DNA from: Macrostomum lignano
Taxonomy: Eukaryota
Length of the DNA stretch: 64,000 nt
Assembly (NCBI GenBank): GCA_002269645.1
Contig: NIVC01002239.1
Coordinates: forward strand, 1-64,000
Direction of reading: 5' to 3'
Made by a program: the position numbers and the translations under genes. Positions 37,799 to 49,005 of this stretch are shown in pieces. Under the pieces are notes generated by a model. It ran no database searches, was not told the origin of the DNA, and was given only the letters and a program-made list of their open reading frames with translations. Within the stretch, counting starts at the first letter, position 1, and each line of letters opens with the position of its first letter.

Positions 37799-38188
37799 AA
37801 AAAGGTCGCACGTGTAAAATTAGATGCTTAATAAACTTAAAAATCAAGAGATTCTGCTATGAGTAGCGTGTCTGTCTGACAGTTAAAAATAGTTTCTTGA
37901 GTTTAGCTAATAATATATCTTTGGTGACATACTTCTCATACTTTTTGTGGCAGCCATAGGCCTCCAGCTGCCCCATCAAAATGCTTTAATTTTTAATACG
38001 CACTCCACAACAAAACCTAATGCGAGTGAGCAACCCTCTGTGCAATTAGTGGTCCGTAACTATTTTGTCAATTACGCAAATGGGCTTTGAGCAACGTAGA
38101 GGTAATAAAACCTACTTAGCTTCTCCGCAGCCTAACTACCTGCAAACTCTATTTGTCAGAAATTCAATAAATAGTCTGAACTCTTTTT

Positions 38189-40888
38189 ATAAAGGGATGT
38201 GAACTTAAGAGTCAAAATGGAGCCTGAAGCATTGGGTCCCGATTTCACTACGCCAGTCCCTTCATTTGGAGCCAAATAGCTCCCGTTATGCCGAAAACCC
38301 GACCACTTTAACATTTGGGGATCTCTGTGGGGAGAAATGGGATAAATGGTGATTTCATGTGAACTTAAGACTCTAGGAGCTTCAAATCTTTAAATGACGA
38401 GGTGAACAGATTACCTGAGCGTTAGCATGGTCATCACGCGATGAACGACTGACCCATCTGGCGACCAGATCCATCAATTCCAGGACGACCACACCACAGC
38501 CTCTGCTGAAGCGGCCTCTGAAGTGGCCCCTGCCGCGGGGCAGCCGCACATCGAACCCAGCGGCCCACCCACTGCAACTTCAGCTGCCCCCGAGTATGGA
38601 TCCTCCCTTTTCATCCCTGAACACTGTCTCATCACCTGCTGCACCTGTCATCGACGTTAACGCCCTCCTCACCTCCACGACTGCGATGATGCAGCAGAAT
38701 CAGTTGCTTATAGAACAGCTCGCCGCTATATTTATCCTGGCACGACATCAGCGTCGTCGTCCGCTACGAGTGATTGTGATCCGGCCGCTCTCATCCGCTC
38801 CAATGTCCTCCAGAAAGTTCGTCTCCCGACATTCGACGGCATCGACCCTGCCGCATTCCCTGGGTTCTGGGACGCCTTCCTCTACCGCCTCGACCAATCC
38901 CGTCTCAACGTCGACAAGTTCGAACCACTCCGCGGTCTCCTATTCGGCTCCGCCCTCAGAAAGCTGGGCGCCCTCGATGCCTGCCAACCCATCGCTTACG
39001 CTGAGGCCTGCCGCGTTCTCCAGGCTAACTGCGCCGACGCCCAGGAGCAGAAGAACGCCTGCTTCCAACGCCTCGCGCTATTATGCAGCTTCGCTTTTGA
39101 CGTAGACGAGTTTGAAACCTTCACCAACGCCCTCCGACTTGCTATCAGCCAACTTCTCGGCCTTAGCGAGCTCACTGCACCCTCGACAGCCACGTCTAAG
39201 CCCTATGGAGCCGCCTCCCGAACAAGCTCCAGAACGAGATCCGCAACCGCCGTGCTGCAAACGGGCAGCCTCTCATGCCCACTATGGCACAGCTCCAGGT
39301 CCACCACTTCTCGCACGGGCGCTAACCCCTCGCCTCGTCCCTCCGAATGCTTCGCTTCCACCGCCAACCAGCAGCAGCAGAAGCCCAGCCGCCCATGCCT
39401 CTATTGCGACACTTCCGACCATGCCACCATGTCTTGCTGCAACATCCGCAAGCCCGATGACCGGCTTAAAATAGTTCTGAACAAGAACCTTTGCGACAAT
39501 GCCTTCGCCGACACCACACCAGGCACTGCCGCGACACCCGAAACTGTCGTGCGTGCGACGCCCCACATCACACCTCGCTGCAGGGGGCCATCTTTGACAG
39601 CGCTCGCTTCAGCCATCGCTCGCCTAACACAGGCCAAAGTGCCCACGTTAATTCGGGCTGACGCCGACTCCAAAGAAAAAGCCAACTCCCAAGTCTCTGC
39701 CGCAGCCGACGGAGGTCTCGTGCCGACCACCATGGCTACTTTCCGGGCGAAGGCCGTCAACCCGAAAGATGGCCGCTCCGTCGACTGCACAATTTTCTCG
39801 ATTCTCGATACTCGCATCTCGACGGCACTGTTGCCCACAACCTTGGTCTCAAAGCCGCTAAGAGACTCACGATAGCCACCTCCACCTTACACTCGTACTC
39901 GTACTTCCGCGTTAGATTACTGCGGACCTCGTCAGTTTCGACCTCCAGGCCCCAGACAGCCGTCGCTGGACAATCACATCCCTCGCCTCCGATCAGCTAG
40001 TCGCCCCGATCCATATACCGGACATTAAGCTCCCTGAAGATGTCCTAACACCTTCAGCAGTGTCAAAAACGGCGTCTGCAACCTTCCGCCCGATCATGAT
40101 GCAGACGGTACTCTCGACCCCATCCTCGGTGGTGACTGAACCAGTTACTCATCGGCCCTGCCGTTCCTGCCCTCGCTCCGGCTCTAACGGCCCACTTGAC
40201 GCCCTTCGAAGCCATCCTCAACAATGCTATCACTGACACGGATGCCCGCAGCATAAACAGCTTCCTCGGGTCCTCGCAGGCCTCTCAGGTCCTTATCGCT
40301 AACACCTGCCTCAACATGAACAACGATAACGGCTCCTCGAAGTTCTCAGCATCGCGAAGGACGCTGGAAAGCATGGCCCCAAAGACAGCGAGCTGACTCG
40401 ACGCCTCCTCGCGTCCATTACCCGTCGTGACTAAGATGGCCGCATCTCCGTCAACCCGCCATTCAAAGACGGCGATGCTTTGGCTCCAAATAAAGGAATT
40501 GGCGTAGAGAAATCGGGACCCAATGCTTCAGGCTCCATTCTAGAGCCTTAAGTTCACATGAAATCCCCATTTATCCCATTTCTCCCCACAGAGATCCCCA
40601 AATGTTAAAGTGGTCGGGTTTTCGGCATAACGGGAGCTATTTGGCTCCAAATGAAGGGACTGGCGTAGAGAAATCGGGACCCAATGCTTCAGGCTCCATT
40701 CTAGAGCCTTAAGTTCACATGAAATCCCCATTTATCCCATTTCTCCCCACAGAGATCCCCAAATGTTAAAGTGGTCGGGTTTTCGGCATAACGGGAGCTA
40801 TTTGGCTCCAAATGAAGGGACTGGCGTAGAGAAATCGGGACCCAATGCTTCAGGCTCCATTTTGACTCTTAAGTTCACATCCCTTTAT
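38189..40888. mobile_element. Non-autonomous long-TIR (foldback-like) element, about 2.7 kb, with arms built from a 161-bp unit
   Basis: Left arm 38189-38376 is the reverse complement of the right arm end; the right arm 40479-40888 has about 2.5 tandem 161-bp units. Termini ATAAAGGGATGTGAACTTAAG...CTTAAGTTCACATCCCTTTAT. Confidence 0.8.
38440..40420 (+). pseudogene. Degenerate BEL/Pao LTR-retrotransposon gag-protease fragment inside the TIR element
   Basis: Across frameshifts: KVRLPTFDG..FWDAF..DKFEPLRGLL (BEL gag-like), Cys/His knuckles CLYCDTSDH..C and CRQCLRRHHTRHC..CRACDAPHHTSL, and protease-region ILDT and LDPILGGD. No RT, integrase or LTRs seen. Confidence 0.7.
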
Positions 40889-41139
40889 TATCTCAATTTG
40901 TCTTCGCATCCAATAATAATTGCCACTATCGGGTTGTTAACGGGCAGGAATTTATTGGCCTCAGCTTAAGCTGTCAACGCTTTTAGAGGTTTTAAAACAG
41001 AAATAATTACCGAGGCAGACTCTGCCTGGGATGCCCGAGTGGACTGGAGAAGAGGGGGGAATGGAGGGGCTGCAACTGCTGGATAAATAATGAGCCCAAA
41101 CCACCTGTCTGAGCCGCGTCCAGACTCCAGCTCATTAGC

Positions 41140-43605
41140 ATGCCGCAGTCTCCGCTATCAAGCTTCATAGTTTTCTTGCTCTGCCGTGCCGCGGCGGCTG
41201 CCTCAGTGTCCCCGGATGAGGCCCTGAAAACGGCGCTGAATTTAAATTCCGACTACAACAAAGACGTCCGGCCGCCACCGGACAACGGCTCAGCCAACTT
41301 GGTGACCGTCTTGTTCAACTTGAAAAGCCTGGCTCATGTGGTGAGTACTTCGGCTTTGTCGATTTTTTGTGAGAACACGTTGAATTTTCGAGCAGATCGT
41401 GAGCATTAAATTATTTCTAACCAAACAATGAAGGACTCGGCAACGCAGGAGATCGTGCTGCAACCCTGGTTCAATTTGGTACGTGACTCATTCTTTTTAT
41501 TAGAGGCAGGGGGGTTGTGTGCACCCTGGCGCAATTTAAGCGACATAGGCACACAACCGGCGAGAGGCATTACTGCCCATTCCGCCGATTCCCCTGAGCA
41601 GGCATACAAGCGCGCGGATACGTTACGCAGGAACACCCTCACACAGGAGTGTACAGCGGCACCAACATTATTTATTGTTAGGCATGTACACTTCACTGCG
41701 CCTTGGGGGGGTTGGCTCTCAAGGCCGTTAATTGCACAAGCGAGCCAAGCCAAGATTCCAATCCAGCCCCAAATTAATGTGGCTGCACTTGGAATCGAGC
41801 CTGGGTCGCGGCACACCAGAGCAGCTGCGCTACCGCTGGGCTACGGCCCCCCCTGTACGTGACTCATAAGTTCAGTGCTGCCGCAGAGACATTGACATAT
41901 CGAGTTTTATTGCATCATACTCACGGTGCAGCCATGAGCTATCGATTCATTTAATTTGCACTTTCACTACAGTACTAGCGAGACAGCCGCCTGGCCTGGA
42001 AAGGAAAATTCAACTCTACCTTCGATAACGTGAGCTCCATTTTTGTACCAGCCAGTCTGCTCTGGCAACCGGATGTGGCCTTCTGCAACCTGTAAGTGCG
42101 ACACTTTTTCCTTGGGCTTGATCATTCCTATGCAATTGCAGCCATACCGCTTTGCTAAGTCTCCCAATGGCACCCCGATTGTTCTCTTAGAGAAACTTCA
42201 AGATAATGGAGTAACGGTGACATTCATCTAATGGTACTCATGTTGACCTTTCTCATACTCACCTTTCAGCCTGCACTTCCGGCGCACCTCCAGCGATAAA
42301 GTTTTCCTGACTGTGAGCAGCGACGGCATGGTGCTGTTCCTTGTTGAGCTGCTCTCCTGGTCCAAGTGCGAAATGAATATGGCCAACTTTTCCTATGACA
42401 TGCAGATCTGCCACCAGCGCGTATCTTCGGTGGTGCACACGAGAAAAACCACTGCGCATCGAGCCTGGACCACCTGGAATCACGCCTTCCCTCTTCAAGA
42501 ACCACGACTTCTGCGTGATGAACGTCAGCGTTTCAAATTCTATCGATAAGTGGAACTACGATATTGTTCAGCTGCAGGTGGAAATAAAGGTAGAAACTTC
42601 TCAGAATTTGGTTGAGTTGGAACGGGGATCACACACTTTTTGTGGACTCCCCTGTCATAGTCCCCGTTTTTTCGCAGAGCCAGTTTCACCTTTGACACTT
42701 TCAGCGTAAAGCACTATTCTACTTCATGAACCTGATCATTCGAGTCTCGTGCTGCTCTACATCTCTACCCTGGTCTTCTGCCTGCCGCCCGAGTGCGGAG
42801 AGCGAATATCATTGAGATTCACCATCGTGCTGTCTATGTGCGTGTTCCTGCAGCTCAGCAGCAACTATATGCCTCCACAGGGGGACTCTGTGCCTCTGCT
42901 CAGTGAGTTTCGAGCTAATTTCACTCCAACACTTTGTTCGCTGATAGTGAACTACAGGCTGGAATATTGAGACTCATGACCTATTTGTCCTCCTCCAATT
43001 TCCAGCCTGGTACTTCAGCCTCGCGGTCTTTCTGACAATGCTTCACTTGATTGCCAACATTTTCGTACTGAGCTGCTACTTTGAGCATTCGTCCGAGAAT
43101 GAGCATACCAAAGTCCCAAGCCGGCTAACGCGACTTCTGTTTCTCAATAAGTTTGAATGCGCCCGGCTGCAGTGCAGAATGTGCTACCAGGTTCGAAACC
43201 ACGGCGAAACCGCCGCTGTACGGAGCTCGGTGAGAGTAAGGGAGATACGGAGACCTGGGTTGGATTTTGTTAAGCCTGCCAAGCCTGTGTCGGATTTGGC
43301 AGACCTGCAAGTTTCTGTGTCCATTTGCGGTTAAAAATTGGCACCCCATTCGCAGGAATCCAACGAGAGCGAGTTGAACGTCGTCTCGCCCAGGCGACCA
43401 GCTACGCCAAGTCAACCGCAGGCGGAGCAGACTCCGCGTTGCCGGGACAACGACCCTCGCAAAGAATGGATCCCCATTGCTGTTCGCCGCCGACCGCTGC
43501 TTCTTCGCTGTCTTCTTCAGCCTGAAGCTGGCGCTGACGCTGACGCTGTTAATCCTGGAGATCACGAACTCGCGGACCAACTGCGACATGTCGAGTAATG
43601 ATTGA
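41140..43605 (+). pseudogene. Cys-loop channel paralog D, disabled
   Basis: Exons 41140-41340, 41434-41478, 41973-42091, 42270-42589, 42705-42902, 43006-43229 and 43356-43605. TAG replaces the conserved Trp at 41976-41978; exon 4 is 320 nt (vs 328), exon 5 is 198 nt (vs 199), and there is a further frameshift near 43487 before M4. Confidence 0.87.
41492..41854 (-). mobile_element. tRNA-derived SINE, copy 3 (most complete), in gene D intron 2
   Basis: Perfect 13-bp TSD GTACGTGACTCAT at 41479-41491 and 41855-41867; on the - strand, head GGGGCCGTAGCCCAGCGG...GGCTCGATTCC and an A-rich tail. Confidence 0.88.
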
Positions 43606-44552
43606 AGATGAAGAGTTGTGAAGAACTGGGCAGTCACGACCACGAAGTATTTTGGATTAACAGAGACAACTTCGAGTTACAGATGGACTTTAGATAGTGG
43701 GAAGAGTATATCCGAAGAAGGAATATTTATTTATCCTAGGAAACCGCAATGAATACTATATTTTTAACAGCTGCACAAACTACTACTAGTGCTACTCGTT
43801 GCAAATTAACCTACAATAGGAAAGTCCTATAAAATTCTATCACCTTTGACGCAAAAGAAGCATCACTCACTGACTTTGATGCACTTTTTGGGATCAGCAA
43901 AAAGCGGTCATGCTGATTTTATTAATTGAAAGTTTTTGAGCCAACTGACTATGTAGCTCGTGTCAAAGCAAACGGACAGATTTTATTTGCTCAGCGAATC
44001 TCTGTTTGTTAATAACTATCAACGATTGACTGAAAGCTCAAATATGAATAGGATTAGTGAAGGGGAGGCAAAGACAAGACAAACCGAGTGTGGTGATGGC
44101 GAGGCAGCGAAAAGCCAGAGGATGCAACCCTCAGACGATCGTATTTATTTCATGACTTGTTAAAACGAATTAAACTGATTAAAATTTATAATTAGCGAGG
44201 AAAAAAAAATTCAACCGCGAGCAACCCCGCGCAGCCACAAAGGTGGCGGCCTAAATAGGCACGCGCATGCACCAACGCACCCACCACCCCACCAGACAGC
44301 CAGCACCCAAACAGCCCCCCTTGCACTAACAGCGGTTAGCCCTCGCGGGCTCGCGCAAACCGATGCATTAGTGAAGGGGAGGCAAAGACAAGACAAACCG
44401 AGTGTGGTGATGGCGAGGCAGCGAAAAGCCAGAGGATGCAACCCCAAGGCCAAACAAACAAATGAATGAACGAAGGAGAGAATTTACGAAACGGCGGAAA
44501 TAAGGCTCGGGATAAGAACGGAAATAAAACTTTGAACACAAGCAAAAGTTAC

Positions 44553-45585
44553 TCAAAGGCAACTCTCGTTAAAAGCACCAGCAAAACGCGAACCAGCCCG
44601 CACAGAATCAGCAGATGGAAGGTAGGCAGTCACAGCATCACTTCGCCAGTCACCGATGCACTTCACCTCCTGAACAGATAGTCCGAGACGGTAGGCCCAG
44701 GTGGCACCACCTCTGCGCAGGCTGTGCGCTGAGAAAGAACGAGCGTCCTGCTCAGCAGTTGCTAGGCAGCGCTTGAGGAACCTGTCGAATCTTGAGGCAG
44801 ACAGGACAACAGAGGATCCGCTCGCCAACTGGTAGGAGAACACAGGCTGCCTGCAGCCAAGCTTGCTGACACGGAGGTGACCCTCTAGCGCAGCCACTGG
44901 GCAAAGCGGATGTCCTTCTTTTAGCCTTGGAAGCAACACCCGGTGCAGCTTCGCGCCGAACTGATTCGTCTTGCCATAACTGACAGAGAGCACAACCCCC
45001 TTCGGGTGGCGTTGAAAGGCTGAGACGGAAATCGGTGAAGCGGACTGCTGACTGGGCAGGAGACTGGAGCGCCGAAACATCCCCCACCAAGCAGAGCCAG
45101 CAGACTCTGTCAAGCGAACTGCTCGAGTTAAGCCGGTTTTTCACAGACAGCAGCATCGCAGGCGAGATCGGCAGCTTCCGTCTTGGTCGCTGGCCCATCC
45201 TCCGTTTAGCGCCGCGAACGAGCAGTGAGACCAGGTGGTGTTTTGTTAGGTCCTCAGCACCACAGGCTTTGAACCAGCTGGACAGTGCACTGACATGGAC
45301 ACGCAGACTGTTGAACGATCTCAGGCGGCATTCGACCAGGTGAGCCAGGTAGTTGAGTAGCACCGACCGGTCGGATCGAGCCGGGTTGGTCCCGTTCTCG
45401 TTGCAGAAGCTGTGCCAGGACCGGACGGCCGATGAGATCGCCCTGCGTGACTGCGGTGCGTATGCTGCGGCGAGGAGGCTGGAGGCGGCGGCGCCGAGGG
45501 TCGGCGTTGCAGGGAGGCGGCCTGCGAAAATAAAAAACGGGAGGCAAAAACAGAAAACGCGTGATCCGAAAACTCCACAGGGCAA
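44553..45585 (-). pseudogene. Ngaro ORF3, tyrosine recombinase, one frameshift near 45080
   Basis: N-terminal core-binding region AYAPQSRRAISSAVRSWHSFC, RKLPISP, and catalytic end FSAHSLRRGGATWAY..IGDWRSDAVTAY (HxxR, W, Y). Confidence 0.9.
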
Positions 45586-47231
45586 ACTGGTACAGACCCG
45601 TAAACACGGAAAATAAAATTAAGCAACTCATGACGCGAGTGCAGGCGGGACCCTGCATCAGCAAACAGCTGATAAGCACCAGGAACGTGAAAGACCTCAA
45701 ATTCAACGTCAAAACGCAGACAGAGCAACGCCAGACTGCAGCAACCACATCAGACGCGAGTCCTTGGAGACACCTCGCCTTAGAATCCAACACGCCGTCT
45801 CATTGTCGCAGTACACAGCAAGCCGACAACCAGCCAAGGATTGGCCCCATCTCAAAACAGCCAGCAATATAACCACAGCCTCCTTGTAATTGATGCAGTA
45901 ATTCTGAAAAACACCATTTGCGTCGATCTGCCAGTCAATAAAGCACCAATCACGAATCCCATCACCGTCACGGAGCACCGCCGCGGCGCCTGAAGACGAC
46001 GAGTCAGTCTCTATGGCAACACAAGCCCTCGGCGAAGTCCACAGGCCAACACCGATGCGATGTTGCAAAGCCAACCGCCACCAGGAGAGGTGGTGCACCA
46101 CGGAGGGACTAACAAGAACCCTGTCATGAGGCCGATGCAGCTTGTTAACAATGTCGATAAGAGGTCGGAGGAAAACTCTCCCGTGCCGAACAACTTGCGA
46201 CGCCCAGTTTAACTTGCCGATCAACTTCTGCAAACACGACTTTGACAGCCTTTTCTTCGAAGAGCAGAGGGATAAAACATGCAACAAGTCTTGGACTTTT
46301 TCGGCAGGAAGAGACATCTGGCCTGCCACGCTATCAAATAAAATGCCCAGAAAGGTCATCCGCGTTGTCGGCGGAACACACTTGCTACGGTTAACGGTGA
46401 AGCCTAGCCGCTCGAGCAGATCGATGAGATGGTTGTAGAACTTCCAGCAGGACTCCAGATCTCCACAAAGGCGAAGTCATCCATGTAGGCCTCCATAGCG
46501 TAGAAACCATGCTTTAACATCATAAAACGCACAGCTTGGCTCAGCTCGTAAAAGCAGAAGACGGAAGCCGAAGCACCAAACGGGAGCCGCGTGTCGTACA
46601 GGTACACTGGCTGGCCCTCGCCTTGGAGCTGAATCTTCATGCCTGTGACCCGGTGGTCATCAGGGTGCACACCACATGAACGATATGCTTGCGACAGATC
46701 CACTTTGCACATGTACGCGCCGCTGTACAGCTTCGAGGCAAAGTTGCTGGCCGAAGTAAAACGCAACTTCCGTTTCGACTCAAAGAAATCATTCACAGAG
46801 GCGCCAGTTGGCAGGCTGCAGTCGTGAATAAGGCGGATGGAAGACGAATCCGCCTTAGGGATCGCACCAAGTGCACTAACGATGAGCGGCCGGTTGCCTG
46901 CCTGGCAGCGCCTGTAGCGGTCCTGCTTGAGCTCCTGGCGCACCTGGGCCTCAACAGCTTGCTGGTGAATGGTAGCTGATCTGTGATTTGCCATCTCAGT
47001 GTGGTTCTTACAATCCATCACTTTATTAGTAATTCGAAAGCCATTCTTCACACCATCGAGCACGAACCTGACACGGTCCTCCGGCATCTCGGTCCCAGCC
47101 AGCTCTTCCCGCCAAACCGCAAACACAAGGTCGCTCGACAACTCAGTTGAACTCGGGTCACATAGGGGGAGCTCCCCCATGGGGGCACAGGAGGGCGACC
47201 CGACGGCAGACATTGAGTCCTGTGCCCCCAC
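45560..47231 (-). pseudogene. Ngaro ORF2, reverse transcriptase + RNase H, with frameshifts near 46460 and 45730
   Basis: IRLIHDCS, KVDLSQAYR, LPFGASASVFCF, YMDDF; then TFLGILFDS, LIGKLNWAS, IETDSS, INYKEAVVI, CDNET, HVPGAYQLFADAGSR. The 3' end is approximate. Confidence 0.88.
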
Positions 47232-47239
47232 CTCGCACG

Positions 47240-48331
47240 CTAGTTTTTTGAAAATTGGCCTGGGTCCCCATCAGCGTGGGCTCGGGCTTCAGAGTGCGGC
47301 TGTGAGCACCTTCGGCACTGATGGGCGAAGCGGCAGTGAGTTCTGTTGCAGCCGCTAAGACTGTTGAAGTCGAAACAGACAGGTGGCTGCGTTCGCTTTT
47401 TAGGCGCTGTTGCGTTTATCATTTTTGTTGGTGCCATCAAGTGTGTTGCCACCAGACCCAGGTCTGCGCTAACAGCGCTCCACCGCGTTCCATCATGCTG
47501 GAGAAGCCGACATTCGTCATCATATCTCATGACTTTAGTGCGATCGAAGCCTAAATCTAGCAGGTCACCAATTCTAGCGTTATGTCGGAGATGATCGATC
47601 AACTCGGATGAATCGATTCTGCCATCAACAATGCGCAGCAGTTTGCCATCACGCAGCATTTGCACCAGTAAGTTACAGCTACCGGAGATGAAATCGCCAA
47701 ACGACAGTGACTCGGGACTGACGTGTCTCAACCTCTCTGGCTTTGCCGCTCCCACAACAGACTGGCTTCCTTGTCTCCGCTTACGCTCACTGATAAAATC
47801 AACGACTCTGTACACCGCCGGCGCCTGAGCATGCGAAGTTGCAGCCCCAGCCTGCCCGAGTATACACTCGCCAACCAAATCATGCCACTCACCGGGAGTC
47901 TGATCACGTTCTCTCGCAGCCGCCGTGCCACTGTGACGCGCTTCAGCGAGCTCGGCTTCGAGCTGAGCCTCTCTTTTTTTCAGGTCCAGCAGCCGAATGC
48001 GCAGTTCAGTCTCTCGCAGCTGATCCTCGAGACCGCCTCCCGTCGCCGCCCGACCCTCGGCCGAGGCGCCCACCGCCGGTAGCATCTCGTCCTCAGGTGG
48101 AGCCAGACTTAGCTCGGGTGCGCCCGCATTCGTCGGTGATGTCTTGTCATCTTGAGCACGACGAGATGAGCCTCTGTCCTGCTCCAACGCCTGCCGCTCA
48201 AGCTCCTTGGGAATGCTGAGTTTTAGACGACTTGTTAGCTCTTGCTTATTGCCATTAGTAGGCAGGCCGCGCTCACTAAGGGCTTCTCGTAGCGCTTTGT
48301 TAGTTGCGGGCAGTACAAGGCTATCTGCCAT
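47240..48331 (-). CDS. Ngaro ORF1 (gag-like): N-terminal SAP-like motif, coiled coil, C-terminal Cys/His zinc fingers
   Basis: 363-aa ORF starting at an ATG just after repeat A1; LREALSERGLPTNGNKQELTSRL and CFDFNSLSGCNRTHCRFAHQCRRCSQPH. Confidence 0.85.
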   Translation of the reverse strand: MADSLVLPATNKALREALSERGLPTNGNKQELTSRLKLSIPKELERQALEQDRGSSRRAQDDKTSPTNAGAPELSLAPPEDEMLPAVGASAEGRAATGGGLEDQLRETELRIRLLDLKKREAQLEAELAEARHSGTAAARERDQTPGEWHDLVGECILGQAGAATSHAQAPAVYRVVDFISERKRRQGSQSVVGAAKPERLRHVSPESLSFGDFISGSCNLLVQMLRDGKLLRIVDGRIDSSELIDHLRHNARIGDLLDLGFDRTKVMRYDDECRLLQHDGTRWSAVSADLGLVATHLMAPTKMINATAPKKRTQPPVCFDFNSLSGCNRTHCRFAHQCRRCSQPHSEARAHADGDPGQFSKN

Positions 48332-49005
48332 GATTCAGCAAAAAAATTCAACCGCGAGCAACCCCGCGCAGCCACAAAGGTGGCGGCCTAAATAGGCACG
48401 CGCATGCACCAACGCACCCACCACCCCACCAGACAGCCAGCACCCAAACAGCCCCCCTTGCACTAACAGCGGTTAGCCCTCGCGGGCTCGCGCAAACCGA
48501 TGCATTATGAAAAGATTCTGACAGCGGGCCACAAGGCTTGACTCAGAGAGAATGAGTAGAATGCGTTTAGACTCTCTGGGAGCTAGCGAGGAGAAAAACA
48601 AAGAAGAGAAATTGGCACATAAAAAGCAGATACCTGCAAAAACAGGCGATTTAACGTGCAGAAAACGTACAATTCTGAACATTGGAAGGGTGGCCCAGGG
48701 AGAAGCGTGATGTTATATAACGATATGCATATATGCAGCTTTAGTGAGCCACGACCAAATTTGATGGAACAGAGTGCTTTGCCAAGCAAGGTCGGGCCAG
48801 CGGATCCGGGCAGAAGGGTAAACACTGAGGCCAGGGATGTGGAACTGACTGAGATGAGTGGATTCTGAGGGATAGACGAACGGAAAGCACTGCCACTAAA
48901 AAGTATATAGGATGGCCTGCATGACCAGTGGTGGATGCAGTTAAACCCACAAGACTTCAGCTGAAATTCTAAGCAATTCCGTGCGACCAGGGCTACTGAT
49001 CTCAC

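Larger units (their letters stand above)
44053..48507 (-). mobile_element. Ngaro-type tyrosine-recombinase (DIRS-order) retrotransposon, near full length
   Basis: Split direct repeats in A1-ORFs-B1-A2-B2 order: A1 48340-48507, B1 44367-44444, A2 44201-44370, B2 44053-44130. Encloses gag, RT/RNase H and YR ORFs. Confidence 0.93.
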
